From Thermoproteota archaeon (GTDB taxonomy: Archaea > Korarchaeota > Korarchaeia > Korarchaeales > JAOZGB01), in the NCBI GenBank assembly GCA_037917685.1, contig JAVCBU010000006.1, positions 352,001 through 416,000 on the forward strand: 64,000 bases of DNA, in the 5' to 3' direction. The notes beneath the pieces were generated by a model that was given only the letters and a program-made list of their open reading frames with translations, did not search any database and was not told where the DNA came from. Positions 10,119 to 19,056 of the stretch are shown piece after piece (the first letter of the stretch is position 1; the number at the start of each line of letters is the position of its first letter). Position numbers and translations under genes: made by a program.

Positions 10119-10971
10119 AATAGACTTTTCCGACTGTTACTGGCTTGTTCAAAACATCAATCATCTTATTCCGCAGTATGTCGATCCCTATATCACTAAA
10201 GGTTACATTTATGATTTTATACCCGATATCCGGCCTGCTAGAATAGTTTAAGACTGCTATGCAGTAGCATATAGGCGTAGCCTCCCAGGAAAATCCTTCA
10301 GATTCGAAAACATAATCATATGACATGTTTAAGAATCCTAAATTAGCATTGTATGGTAGTTCAAATATCTCAAACCCGTATCTTAAAGCGAGAGACTTAT
10401 AAGTTATTCCGCAATCCGCCTCATCCCTATCAAGTTTATAGAATACCTCCATGACGCTGTTGCACTCCACAACCTTACCTAGATACTCGAAGCTTTTGTT
10501 AAATGCAAGCATTAAGAAAGCTTTAGTCCTAAGCCCCAGGATGCTACACTCCCCGGTTACAGCTGCAACCCTCGCCTCACTGAGAATTTCGATGCCTTTT
10601 CCCTTTATATCTCTCGAAACCCAGCTGGTGTTCTTATAGCATATTACTAGGCTGTCGCTGGCGAAAATAGTATAATTCCAGATAAGATTTTCTGACAGAA
10701 GCTGATCCATAACGAATCTGTCATCAAACACTATGAGATCTGGTCTTTCAAATCTAATCCTCTCCGGAAGATCGCAAATGTCAACATTCAGAATTACTAC
10801 CTTGTAGGAAGGACATAACTTAAGAAAATATCCTGTTATAAGCTCGTATGGCTCGATTAACGACTCACAGCATAATAATTTGACTGTGTAGCGTCTGTCT
10901 CTCCCCACATATACTCCTGTAAGGCTTGACACTAGGATCAGCAGGGCTATTATAATTATGTCCCTCTCCAA
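10078..10971 (-). CDS. Divergent WtpA/ModA-like tungstate/molybdate-binding protein
   Basis: N-terminal anchor; YKSLA, ELPYNANLG and PICYCIAV resemble WtpA motifs; last gene of the moa operon. Confidence 0.6.
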   Translation of the reverse strand: MERDIIIIALLILVSSLTGVYVGRDRRYTVKLLCCESLIEPYELITGYFLKLCPSYKVVILNVDICDLPERIRFERPDLIVFDDRFVMDQLLSENLIWNYTIFASDSLVICYKNTSWVSRDIKGKGIEILSEARVAAVTGECSILGLRTKAFLMLAFNKSFEYLGKVVECNSVMEVFYKLDRDEADCGITYKSLALRYGFEIFELPYNANLGFLNMSYDYVFESEGFSWEATPICYCIAVLNYSSRPDIGYKIINVTFSDIGIDILRNKMIDVLNKPVTVGKVYFTLDRRIHTLSHL

Positions 10972-10973
10972 CT

Positions 10974-11900
10974 TTAACCCTTGTAAAATGGTTCTCTTAC
11001 GCTGACAGCCTTTAAAAACACCTTTCTAATTTCAGCCTTTGGATTATCAGATTCGAAAGCGTGCATAAAATCTAAGTGGTTATCAGTCCTCATCAAGCAA
11101 GGTTTAAATTTACCATCCGATGTAACCCTCATCCTGTCACACTTCAGGCAGAATAAGCTATTATGTACTGGTGCTACTATCTCAACTATACCACCATCGT
11201 CAAGATAGTACTGCTTTCTACCATGAAGGCTCCTTTCCAAAATTTTAGCCGCTCTCTCGGCAAAGAACTTTTCAAAGTCATTTAAGCCCCTATGATACCT
11301 TGTATAGGATGATGTGCCCCCCACAGGTTCAAGTTCGATTAGCTGCAGCATAGCTGATGTACTTCTTGCGAATTCCAAGAGATTAAATACCTCATCTTCA
11401 TTAACGTCTTTGAGTAGAACCATATTTATCTTAATAGGTTTTAAACCCGCGTTCCTGGCCGCTTCGATTCCAGCGATGACCTTTGAGGGATCATAGTTTG
11501 AGCCAGTGATAAACCGATACCGTTCGGATCTAAGTGATGGGAGACTAACGTTAACCCTCTTAAGTCCGGCTTCAGCAAGCCTATAAGCATACGTCTCAAG
11601 GAGTATCCCATTTGTCGTTAGTGAAACCTCCTCTATTTCCTCAACGCTTGAGATCCCCCTAACTATTTCTACGACGTCTTTTCTAACCAGGGGTTCGCCT
11701 CCTGTAATTTTTACCTTAGATATTCCAAGTTCTGACAGAGTTTCCGTCAGAATCCTGATTTGTCTTGGCGTTAAATCATCCGTGGATGAGGGAATCCCCT
11801 CCTTATGGCAGTAAATACATGAAAGGTTACATTTCTTTGTGATCGAGATTCTAAGCCTCCTAACAGGTCTCCCATACTTGTCTCTGACAGGAAGTTTCAC
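10974..11900 (-). CDS. moaA: GTP 3',8-cyclase MoaA
   Basis: LRISITKKCNLSCIYCHKEG, TGGEPL, FCLKCDRMRVTSDGKFKPCL. Confidence 0.96.
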   Translation of the reverse strand: MKLPVRDKYGRPVRRLRISITKKCNLSCIYCHKEGIPSSTDDLTPRQIRILTETLSELGISKVKITGGEPLVRKDVVEIVRGISSVEEIEEVSLTTNGILLETYAYRLAEAGLKRVNVSLPSLRSERYRFITGSNYDPSKVIAGIEAARNAGLKPIKINMVLLKDVNEDEVFNLLEFARSTSAMLQLIELEPVGGTSSYTRYHRGLNDFEKFFAERAAKILERSLHGRKQYYLDDGGIVEIVAPVHNSLFCLKCDRMRVTSDGKFKPCLMRTDNHLDFMHAFESDNPKAEIRKVFLKAVSVREPFYKG

Positions 11901-11903
11901 AGA

Positions 11904-12422
11904 TTACTCCCTCCTTATCTCCCTAATCGCGTGCGGTGATGCCGGGATAATGAGGCTTCTAAGAGCGAGGAGAGCTCCCTCAGGCGAGCCTGGTATGCAA
12001 TAAATTATTGATTCTCCTATTATACCGGCGACGGCTTTACTCAGAATTGCTGATGCACCGATTTCTCTGTAGCTAAGCCATCTGAAAATCTCTCCAAACC
12101 CGTCTATTATCCTACTGAAGAGAGGCTTCAAGGTTTCTGTGGTTATATCGGTCTTGCTAAGCCCGGTCCCCCCGCTAAATATCACTACGTCAGCATCGGC
12201 CGCAAGGCACTTTTTCAAAGCATTAATTATCTCTTCCCTCTTATCTCCAACTATCATCTTAAGGTAAACCTTATGGCCGCTTTTCACTATCTCGCTTTTA
12301 AGCAGCTCCCCGGTAACATCCTCCACACCCCCCTTAGAACGGGATGTACTCACGATTACGATGGCGAAGTTCAGAGTTTTGGGTGCTGAACTCATGTGAA
12401 GCTCATGAGTTTTCATTCTCAC
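11904..12422 (-). CDS. moaB: Molybdopterin adenylyltransferase MoaB/MogA
   Basis: SGGTG...D.T, GFGEIFR, PGSP. Confidence 0.92.
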   Translation of the reverse strand: MRMKTHELHMSSAPKTLNFAIVIVSTSRSKGGVEDVTGELLKSEIVKSGHKVYLKMIVGDKREEIINALKKCLAADADVVIFSGGTGLSKTDITTETLKPLFSRIIDGFGEIFRWLSYREIGASAILSKAVAGIIGESIIYCIPGSPEGALLALRSLIIPASPHAIREIRRE

Positions 12423-12428
12423 CAGCCC

Positions 12429-14303
12429 CTATATAGGTTCTACTCCTGGCAACCTTTTTAGGAAGCTTCTAAATCTATTACCATTCAGAATTCTAATAAA
12501 CCTTTTAACCAGGTCAACATTAAGAAACTGATCGCTGGTGTAGAATTCGTACACGTCCCACATGAGTAAGTTAAAACTCAGATTAAAGCCTACAGCTGTA
12601 GATTCAAGACCGAAAACCACGTCAACATCCCCCGACATCAATGCCCTCAAAGCTGAAGAAGGGGTTCGGTAAACCCTAATCTTAAAGGCTGATTCCTCAA
12701 TTCCTATTTCCCCTGCTTTTCTCAATAGCATGTCATGAAGATACCGCCCCCCTCCACCGATACCAATGGTTAAGCCCTTAAGCCCTTCAAATCTTAGTTT
12801 AACCTCCTTCTTGGAAATCAAGCCGATCCTTCTTCTAAACCCTCCAACCTTAACACCAGCATACCATGCAGGCTCCCCATCTGCATGTGGATATCCTGCT
12901 ATATGAAGCCCCCCCGCCTCTAATACCTCAATAGATTCTACTCTCCCCATTCTAAGGAGTCTCGCCGGGACTCCAGAATCATATAAGAACCGGGCTATCG
13001 CCTCAATGGTTGGGCACCATGGTCCACCCATAGTTAAACCATTAAATAAGCCGCCAAACGGGGTGAACCTGACAGTTTCACCCTTCTCAACATACTCGGT
13101 CATTTCAGGGATCTCAATATACCCATCTGAGAGAGACAGGAGGCTTATGGTTCCACTGCCTCCGGGTATGGGCGTTACAATACTCTTCCCCATCGGAGAT
13201 TTTACAAGAGCCACTGGTACTATGTGTCTTCTCCCCTTTGCAGCATAAACTCTCCTTGAAAGTACCGCGTCAAAAGATCTATACTTTCCACGCTTTATCC
13301 CGGTCAATACCGACAGGAATGGAGCTACGAATCTAAGGAAAGAGATAAGGCATGAAACCGGGTATCCCGGAAGGCCAAATACAGGCTTTCCCATTACAAC
13401 TCCGAACATAAATGGCTTACCGGGTTTAGCTGCCACCCCATGTATAAGTATCTTCCCACCCAAAAGCTCGACAGCCTTATAAACCATGTCCCCAGGCCCC
13501 GCGCTGCTACTACCAGAGACTAAAACCACGTCGGTACTTCTTAGAGCCTCCACGAGTGCTTCCTTGATGTTTTCAAGCCTGTCGGGGACGACGCCGTAGG
13601 TTAAAGGCTTGCATCCGTGCTCTGTTAACATTGAGGCAATCGTGTAGGTGTTAACGTCGTAAACTTCCCCAACATGTAAGGTCTCTCCTGGAGGCTTTAG
13701 CTCTTTCCCTGTAGATATTACTCCTACAAGAGGCTTTCTATAAACCTTAACTTTTCCATAGCCGGAGGCTGCGAGCAGAGCAATGTCAGAGATTCCCAAA
13801 ACCTTGCCCTTTGGAACTATAAGGCTTCCTTTGGAGATGTCTGAGCCTGAGGGATATATATTCTCCCCCGGATTTACAGGCTTCTTAACCAAGACCTTTG
13901 AGCCAGCCCTAAAGGTGTGCTCCACCATAACTACAGAGTCAGCTCCCGGGGGAATCGCTGATCCCGTTGCCACTACTACTGCTGTTCCAGGTTTAACACT
14001 AATAGTGGGTTTTTCTCCGGGTAGAATTTCACCAATTACAGTAAGACTCACAGGGTTTAGGTCTGATGCACCATATGTATCCGCAGATATAACGGCGTAC
14101 CCGTCAAAAGCAGCCCTGTCGAATCCTGGGATATCTATCTGAGAGTAGTAGTTTTCTGCTATCCTCCTTCCATTAGCCAGTTTAATATCAACATCCTCTA
14201 TACCCGGCTGAAGGCTTTCTGCATGGCTGAGTATGATTTTCAGAGCGTCTTCAATACTCATAAGTCTTCTAAAGACTTTACCTGAGGCCGAGGAACTCGT
14301 CAA
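12429..14303 (-). CDS. moeA: Molybdopterin molybdotransferase MoeA with C-terminal PBP-like domain
   Basis: PGFDRAAFDGYAV, STGKEL, SGSSSAG, KPGKP, GLPGYP, plus a ~200 aa C-terminal PBP-type extension. Confidence 0.92.
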   Translation of the reverse strand: MTSSSASGKVFRRLMSIEDALKIILSHAESLQPGIEDVDIKLANGRRIAENYYSQIDIPGFDRAAFDGYAVISADTYGASDLNPVSLTVIGEILPGEKPTISVKPGTAVVVATGSAIPPGADSVVMVEHTFRAGSKVLVKKPVNPGENIYPSGSDISKGSLIVPKGKVLGISDIALLAASGYGKVKVYRKPLVGVISTGKELKPPGETLHVGEVYDVNTYTIASMLTEHGCKPLTYGVVPDRLENIKEALVEALRSTDVVLVSGSSSAGPGDMVYKAVELLGGKILIHGVAAKPGKPFMFGVVMGKPVFGLPGYPVSCLISFLRFVAPFLSVLTGIKRGKYRSFDAVLSRRVYAAKGRRHIVPVALVKSPMGKSIVTPIPGGSGTISLLSLSDGYIEIPEMTEYVEKGETVRFTPFGGLFNGLTMGGPWCPTIEAIARFLYDSGVPARLLRMGRVESIEVLEAGGLHIAGYPHADGEPAWYAGVKVGGFRRRIGLISKKEVKLRFEGLKGLTIGIGGGGRYLHDMLLRKAGEIGIEESAFKIRVYRTPSSALRALMSGDVDVVFGLESTAVGFNLSFNLLMWDVYEFYTSDQFLNVDLVKRFIRILNGNRFRSFLKRLPGVEPI

Positions 14304-15501
14304 TAGGTATCACCTCAACTATCTCCCCCTCAGCATATCCTTCTACGTCAGTTTCAACAATCAATACCCCATCAGCTGCTGAAACTGATGTTAGCATGTC
14401 TGACCCTGCTACAGTTATCGGGTAGGCGTCTCCACCTCTTATTTTGACTCTAACATAGCATCTCACTCCGGGCTCGCATGCTACGGGCTCAGCAAGCGTA
14501 ACTCTAAGCCTATATTTCGGCCATTTATCTCTAATCCCAAGCATACTGTATAATACCGGTATAACAAACTGGCTAAAACACATAAGTGTCGATACCGGGA
14601 AGCCCGGAAGCCCCAGATGAAGCCTCCGACCTATAATTCCGGCTAGGAGGGGCTTGCCTGGCTTTTGAGAAACACCGTGAACAACTACCCTTCCTGTTTT
14701 CTCCACAGCCTGTCTTACAAGATCCTGTTCGCCAACGGAAGTCCCGCTAAACGAGATGGAAAGGTCGTATCCATCCCTTGCTATAATCTCAGCTATTTCG
14801 TCGACGTCGTCGGGGGCTATACCAAAATCATCTACAACCCCATACCTAGACAGTATTCTTCCTACGATCCTTCTGTTGGTTTCGACGGTATAGCCTGGTT
14901 CTAAATCGCTGACAGAGTCGACTAGTTCATCTCCGATGGAGAATATAAGTATCCTAGGCTTTCTTCTAACCCTTACTGAATCAACTCCTGCCTGTAGCAT
15001 AAGGCCGTATTCGACAGGTGATATAAATTTTCCCCTCTCGATAACAGTTTCCCCTACTCTCAAAACTCTTCCTCTTCTCGATATATTTTTACCAGGCGGA
15101 GACTGCGTATATACGATGAGTTCCCCGTCCCTCTCATCAGCATACTCCACCATCACCACGGTGTCTGCCCCCCCAGGGATGACTGCTCCTGTAGCTATTT
15201 TAACAGCCTCCCCCCTCGAGATCGCTCCGTTAAACGGCTTCCCAGCCGTCGAAAAGCCGATTATTTTAAGTTTTACTGGTGAATCGTAGCTTGCCGACAT
15301 AATATCGTCTGATCTAACTGCGTATCCATCGACAGCAGATATATCCCATGGTGGTATGTCAATCCTCGACTGTACATCTTCAGCCGTCACCATCCCAAGA
15401 GACTCCTCTACGCTAACAGTCTCATCGTCTAAAAGACTGACATGCTGTAGAACCTTACTTAGAGCTACATCGTATCTCTCAAGCTTTTTGAAAGGCTTCA
15501 C
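14278..15501 (-). CDS. moeA: Molybdopterin molybdotransferase MoeA
   Basis: SAVDGYAV, IATGA, GDEL, GTSVG, KPGKP, LPGFP. Confidence 0.94.
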   Translation of the reverse strand: MKPFKKLERYDVALSKVLQHVSLLDDETVSVEESLGMVTAEDVQSRIDIPPWDISAVDGYAVRSDDIMSASYDSPVKLKIIGFSTAGKPFNGAISRGEAVKIATGAVIPGGADTVVMVEYADERDGELIVYTQSPPGKNISRRGRVLRVGETVIERGKFISPVEYGLMLQAGVDSVRVRRKPRILIFSIGDELVDSVSDLEPGYTVETNRRIVGRILSRYGVVDDFGIAPDDVDEIAEIIARDGYDLSISFSGTSVGEQDLVRQAVEKTGRVVVHGVSQKPGKPLLAGIIGRRLHLGLPGFPVSTLMCFSQFVIPVLYSMLGIRDKWPKYRLRVTLAEPVACEPGVRCYVRVKIRGGDAYPITVAGSDMLTSVSAADGVLIVETDVEGYAEGEIVEVIPIDEFLGLR

Positions 15502-15562
15502 AAGACTCTAAAACATCTTGAAACTTTAAAACAATACTTTGACTATCCATATGTGAATTTAA

Positions 15563-16018
15563 TTGCCGGTCAGAATGGTTGACATTCATGCTAAAAGGCC
15601 GATTCTAAGGATTGCAAAGGCTGAAGGGGCGATATACCTAAAACCCGAGACCATAGAGCTTATACGTAGGCGTAAAATAGAGAAGGGAGATGTTATCTCA
15701 GTGTCAACTGTCTCCGCGATAATGGCTGCGAAGAATACGCCGCAAATCCTACCCTTATGCCACCCTATCCCAATCGAAAATGTAAACGTAGAATTTGAAT
15801 TACACAAGGACAAGGTAAAGGTGATAGTAACTGTTAAGTCTACAAGCAAAACAGGAGTAGAGATGGAAGCCCTTACAGCTGTTTCAGCTGCTTTACTATG
15901 TATTTGGGATATGGTTAAAAAATACGAAAAGGACAAGCTAGGCCAGTACCCCTACACTAGAATAGAGTATATACGTGTCTTAGAGAAGATTAAAAAAGGG
16001 AGCACAGATGAAAGTTAG
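15563..16018 (+). CDS. moaC: Cyclic pyranopterin monophosphate synthase MoaC
   Basis: MVDI, KGDV, LPLCHP, TGVEMEAL, WDMVK. Confidence 0.96.
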   Translation: MPVRMVDIHAKRPILRIAKAEGAIYLKPETIELIRRRKIEKGDVISVSTVSAIMAAKNTPQILPLCHPIPIENVNVEFELHKDKVKVIVTVKSTSKTGVEMEALTAVSAALLCIWDMVKKYEKDKLGQYPYTRIEYIRVLEKIKKGSTDES

Positions 16019-16277
16019 AGTAAAGTACTATGGAATGGCCTCAGAACTTGCTGGAATAAAAGAAGAATTAATAGAGATAGATGGAAAGCCAACTCTAAGG
16101 CAGCTTATCAGCGCACTCCCGTCCAAGTCCAAAGCGAACCTAAGTAGTCTCTTAAAAGACGGAGTGCTAAGGGAGGATTTGCGAATAGCTTTAAACCACA
16201 AAATAGTGGAAGACATGGATATAGAGGTTGCTGAGGACTCTACAATCGCGTTTCTCCCTCCTTCCTCTGGTGGGTAG
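16008..16277 (+). CDS. moaD: MoaD/ThiS/SAMP ubiquitin-like sulfur carrier
   Basis: Beta-grasp size, C-terminal PPSSGG, lies between moaC and moaE. Confidence 0.92.
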   Translation: MKVRVKYYGMASELAGIKEELIEIDGKPTLRQLISALPSKSKANLSSLLKDGVLREDLRIALNHKIVEDMDIEVAEDSTIAFLPPSSGG

Positions 16278-16279
16278 AT

Positions 16280-16708
16280 ATGGAGAGGGTAGGAATATTC
16301 AGGTATGGTGAACACCCGTTAGAGAGAATACTGCAACAAGTAAGGAATCATCCTGAAAAAGACCGTGTCGGAGCCATAGTTATGTTTACAGGCGTAGTTA
16401 GGGGAATATCCTCGGAAGGAAGAGTTAGAGAACTCTCATATGAAGTCTACAGAGAAATGGTTCTTAACGTACTCAAGGAGATAAGGAAGGAAATAATCGA
16501 GAAATATGGAATAATAGACCTATGGATACACCACATCGAAGGAAGAGCTATGGTGGGTGTAGAAACCTTCTTCGTTGTTGCAATCTCTGAGCACAGGCAT
16601 GAAGCCTTTGAAGCAGTTAGAGAAGCAGTAGACAAGGTTAAAAAGGAAGCCCCTATATGGAAGAAGGAAATATTAAAGGATGGAAGAGAGTACTGGGTTC
16701 AAGAGTAA
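16280..16708 (+). CDS. moaE: Molybdopterin synthase catalytic subunit MoaE
   Basis: GAIVMFTGVVR, HRHEAF, APIWKKE. Confidence 0.95.
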   Translation: MERVGIFRYGEHPLERILQQVRNHPEKDRVGAIVMFTGVVRGISSEGRVRELSYEVYREMVLNVLKEIRKEIIEKYGIIDLWIHHIEGRAMVGVETFFVVAISEHRHEAFEAVREAVDKVKKEAPIWKKEILKDGREYWVQE

Positions 16709-16737
16709 TTTATGGCTTTATCAATTAGGAGGGCGTT

Positions 16738-17178
16738 ATGATAGTGATGGATAGCGATCTTTCAGAAAGTCTTGAAGACTATCTCGAAGCCGCCCTCATC
16801 ATTCTTCTAGAAAAGGGTAAAGTTAGGGTTAAATATCTCTCAGAACAGCTAAGGGTCTCACCAGCAAGCGTAACCGAAGCCCTAAAAAAACTTGAAAAAT
16901 TGGGCTACGTCAAATATGAAGGCCACGGCAAAATTCTACTAACATCAAGGGGCCACGACAAAGCTGAGGAGGTACTTGAGAAGCATCTAAGCCTGTTTAA
17001 TTTTCTCCATAACGTTCTAGGGGTTGATAGGGAGACCGCCGAGGTTGAGGCCTGTAAGATGGAACATATACTCTCACGTGATACACTTAATAAAATGGCT
17101 ATGTTGGGGGAGCTTGTAAGCTTGGAATCCGAAAGAGATACGGTTTTTCGGAAGAAGCTTAACAGGATCAAGGGCTAA
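16738..17178 (+). CDS. DtxR/MntR-family metal-dependent regulator
   Basis: EDYLE, SPASVTE, H...FL..VLG, AC.MEH; no C-terminal FeoA domain. Confidence 0.92.
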   Translation: MIVMDSDLSESLEDYLEAALIILLEKGKVRVKYLSEQLRVSPASVTEALKKLEKLGYVKYEGHGKILLTSRGHDKAEEVLEKHLSLFNFLHNVLGVDRETAEVEACKMEHILSRDTLNKMAMLGELVSLESERDTVFRKKLNRIKG

Positions 17179-17410
17179 AATCTTCTACTGAGACGAGAAC
17201 CCGGGAGGCGAGTCCCCTCCCGATTACAAGTCTAGAACCCTTTACCTCTATTTCGACAGGTCCCCGGAACAACGCGTTCCTAACAACTCTAATTTTCTCC
17301 CCAGGAACCAAACCCATATCGTAGAGTCTCTTAACAGCACCCCTCCCACCGCTAACCTTAACTACGACTCCTCTCATTCCTTCCTTGAGTTTCGAAAGTT
17401 GAACCATCAA
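17168..17410 (-). CDS. feoA: FeoA family protein
   Basis: RLYDMGLVPG, GP, IGRGLA. Confidence 0.92.
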   Translation of the reverse strand: MMVQLSKLKEGMRGVVVKVSGGRGAVKRLYDMGLVPGEKIRVVRNALFRGPVEIEVKGSRLVIGRGLASRVLVSVEDFSP

Positions 17411-17417
17411 GTTAATA

Positions 17418-17437
17418 TTTCTAGGCTTACCTAAAAT
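17418..17437. promoter_or_regulatory. Probable DtxR/MntR operator upstream of feoA
   Basis: Inverted repeat TAGG-CTTA-CCTA at 17422-17433 (minus strand TTTTAGGTAAGCCTAGAAA), similar to TTAGG-N4-CCTAA boxes of DtxR/SirR/MntR, ~12 nt upstream of feoA. Confidence 0.6.
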
Positions 17438-18466
17438 TTAAAACTGTCTATAAACAGCGATCTCATTAATTAATACGTCTAGGGGATTATCAAATTCTTC
17501 TAATAAACTCGAAGTGTTAATCCTGTATTGATCGGGGTCCTTAGCAACCTTAAATATCTGATCAGATATCTCAATATTATTTTTAGCAGAATATAATGGA
17601 AAACCACGTTCAGATAGGAACCTTTCGATATCTGATGGTATAGAAAATAGTATTGATGGAACACCCATTAGAGATGCCTCTCTCGCCATTAGGGACCCTC
17701 CGCTGACAACGAATGCTGCAGTCTTTAATAGGCTTAATACATCATGATCAAAGTTTACGATCTTAACCCTCCTAGCATAATTTTTCTTTATCTCGCTTTT
17801 CTGAGACTTATTTCTAACGATAGCAATAATACTACCATCCCAGCAATTCACCATCCTTTCTAGAAAGCGCAGCGATGTGGAGTTAAGACCCAATGTAGCA
17901 GCAGGCCTAAAAACAGCGTATTCTCCCGCCCTAACACCGAGCCTCCTAAGGACGCCCGACGTGTAATGATGTTTTCTAATCCACGTAACTTCAAAAGCCC
18001 CCTTGAAAAACTTTATGGCACCCATGTTCGCCCCATGTCGCAAAAGTTTACTTCTCCCGATGGCTAGGGGCGCCAATATTCTTCTGCTTAATGGTATGAT
18101 AGATTTTAATACTGTGTGGTGGGCAGAGTAGTCTGTTAAAACGATGAAAGGAATGCCAAGCATATAAGATATGGAGCAAGCCTCAGATGGAAAAGATATC
18201 AATAATTTAGGCTTCCTCCTAAGCCTCTTTATACACCTAGTTAAGGCCTGTACTCTCCTCCAGTAAGAGTCTAGCCTTCCCTCCCTACTGTAGCTTTCAA
18301 TCTTACCAGCGGACTTGTACTTTACATAGTAAAACTTGAAAATAGTTGATAATTCCCTATGCCTCTGGCACGTGACGAAAAAGTTAAACCTATCTTTAAA
18401 CTCTTCATAGACTGCAGATATAAACCTAGCATCTCTAATAGAAGTTGCATCCATCCATATTTCCAT
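17438..18466 (-). CDS. DUF354 family protein (GT-B-like)
   Basis: IWMD at the N-terminus, VFRP, GGSLMAREASLMGVPSI. Confidence 0.8.
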   Translation of the reverse strand: MEIWMDATSIRDARFISAVYEEFKDRFNFFVTCQRHRELSTIFKFYYVKYKSAGKIESYSREGRLDSYWRRVQALTRCIKRLRRKPKLLISFPSEACSISYMLGIPFIVLTDYSAHHTVLKSIIPLSRRILAPLAIGRSKLLRHGANMGAIKFFKGAFEVTWIRKHHYTSGVLRRLGVRAGEYAVFRPAATLGLNSTSLRFLERMVNCWDGSIIAIVRNKSQKSEIKKNYARRVKIVNFDHDVLSLLKTAAFVVSGGSLMAREASLMGVPSILFSIPSDIERFLSERGFPLYSAKNNIEISDQIFKVAKDPDQYRINTSSLLEEFDNPLDVLINEIAVYRQF

Positions 18467-18485
18467 GCTAGACCAGCCTCAAACT

Positions 18486-19007
18486 CTACGTTCTACCCGG
18501 TCTTAACAGCAGAATTACAGTTAAAGGAAACATTACAAGCATTAAAAGCAGATCCGTAGAGATGCTTCTAACCATACCTCCCAATAGCGAGCGTATAGCT
18601 ACCACGTTAAATTCTAACAATACTTTAAGCCCGACTCTTAACAGCTCATACATTATGACGGCTGTGAGTCCGCCAGATATAAGACCTCTATCTGTCTTTT
18701 CAGATCTAGCTGCGACATATATGTACAGTAGCGAGGCGAGGGAAACAGAGAGCACACGGGCAGTTTCATACTCTGTATATGGTGATAGTGCTATTATGGA
18801 TAATGAAAAGCCAACCGCGGCGGATAAACCCTGATCCAGATAGCATGAAACCGCCGCTGTAATAGAGAGTATTATAACTCCTACCCATCTAAATCCGATA
18901 AGGTAAATGTCAAGCTGGTTCAGCTGAATGGTGAGAATACCCATTGCAATTCCAAAGAGCAATATTATCATTGCCCACGGAATCCCTGCGACACTCTTCA
19001 TCATCAC
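18486..19007 (-). CDS. Hypothetical membrane protein
   Basis: About 5-6 hydrophobic segments; no recognised motif. Confidence 0.6.
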   Translation of the reverse strand: MMMKSVAGIPWAMIILLFGIAMGILTIQLNQLDIYLIGFRWVGVIILSITAAVSCYLDQGLSAAVGFSLSIIALSPYTEYETARVLSVSLASLLYIYVAARSEKTDRGLISGGLTAVIMYELLRVGLKVLLEFNVVAIRSLLGGMVRSISTDLLLMLVMFPLTVILLLRPGRT

Positions 19008-19056
19008 GCATGTAGCATATACTAAAATTAAAATAATTCCCCTAGAAACTTTAGGG

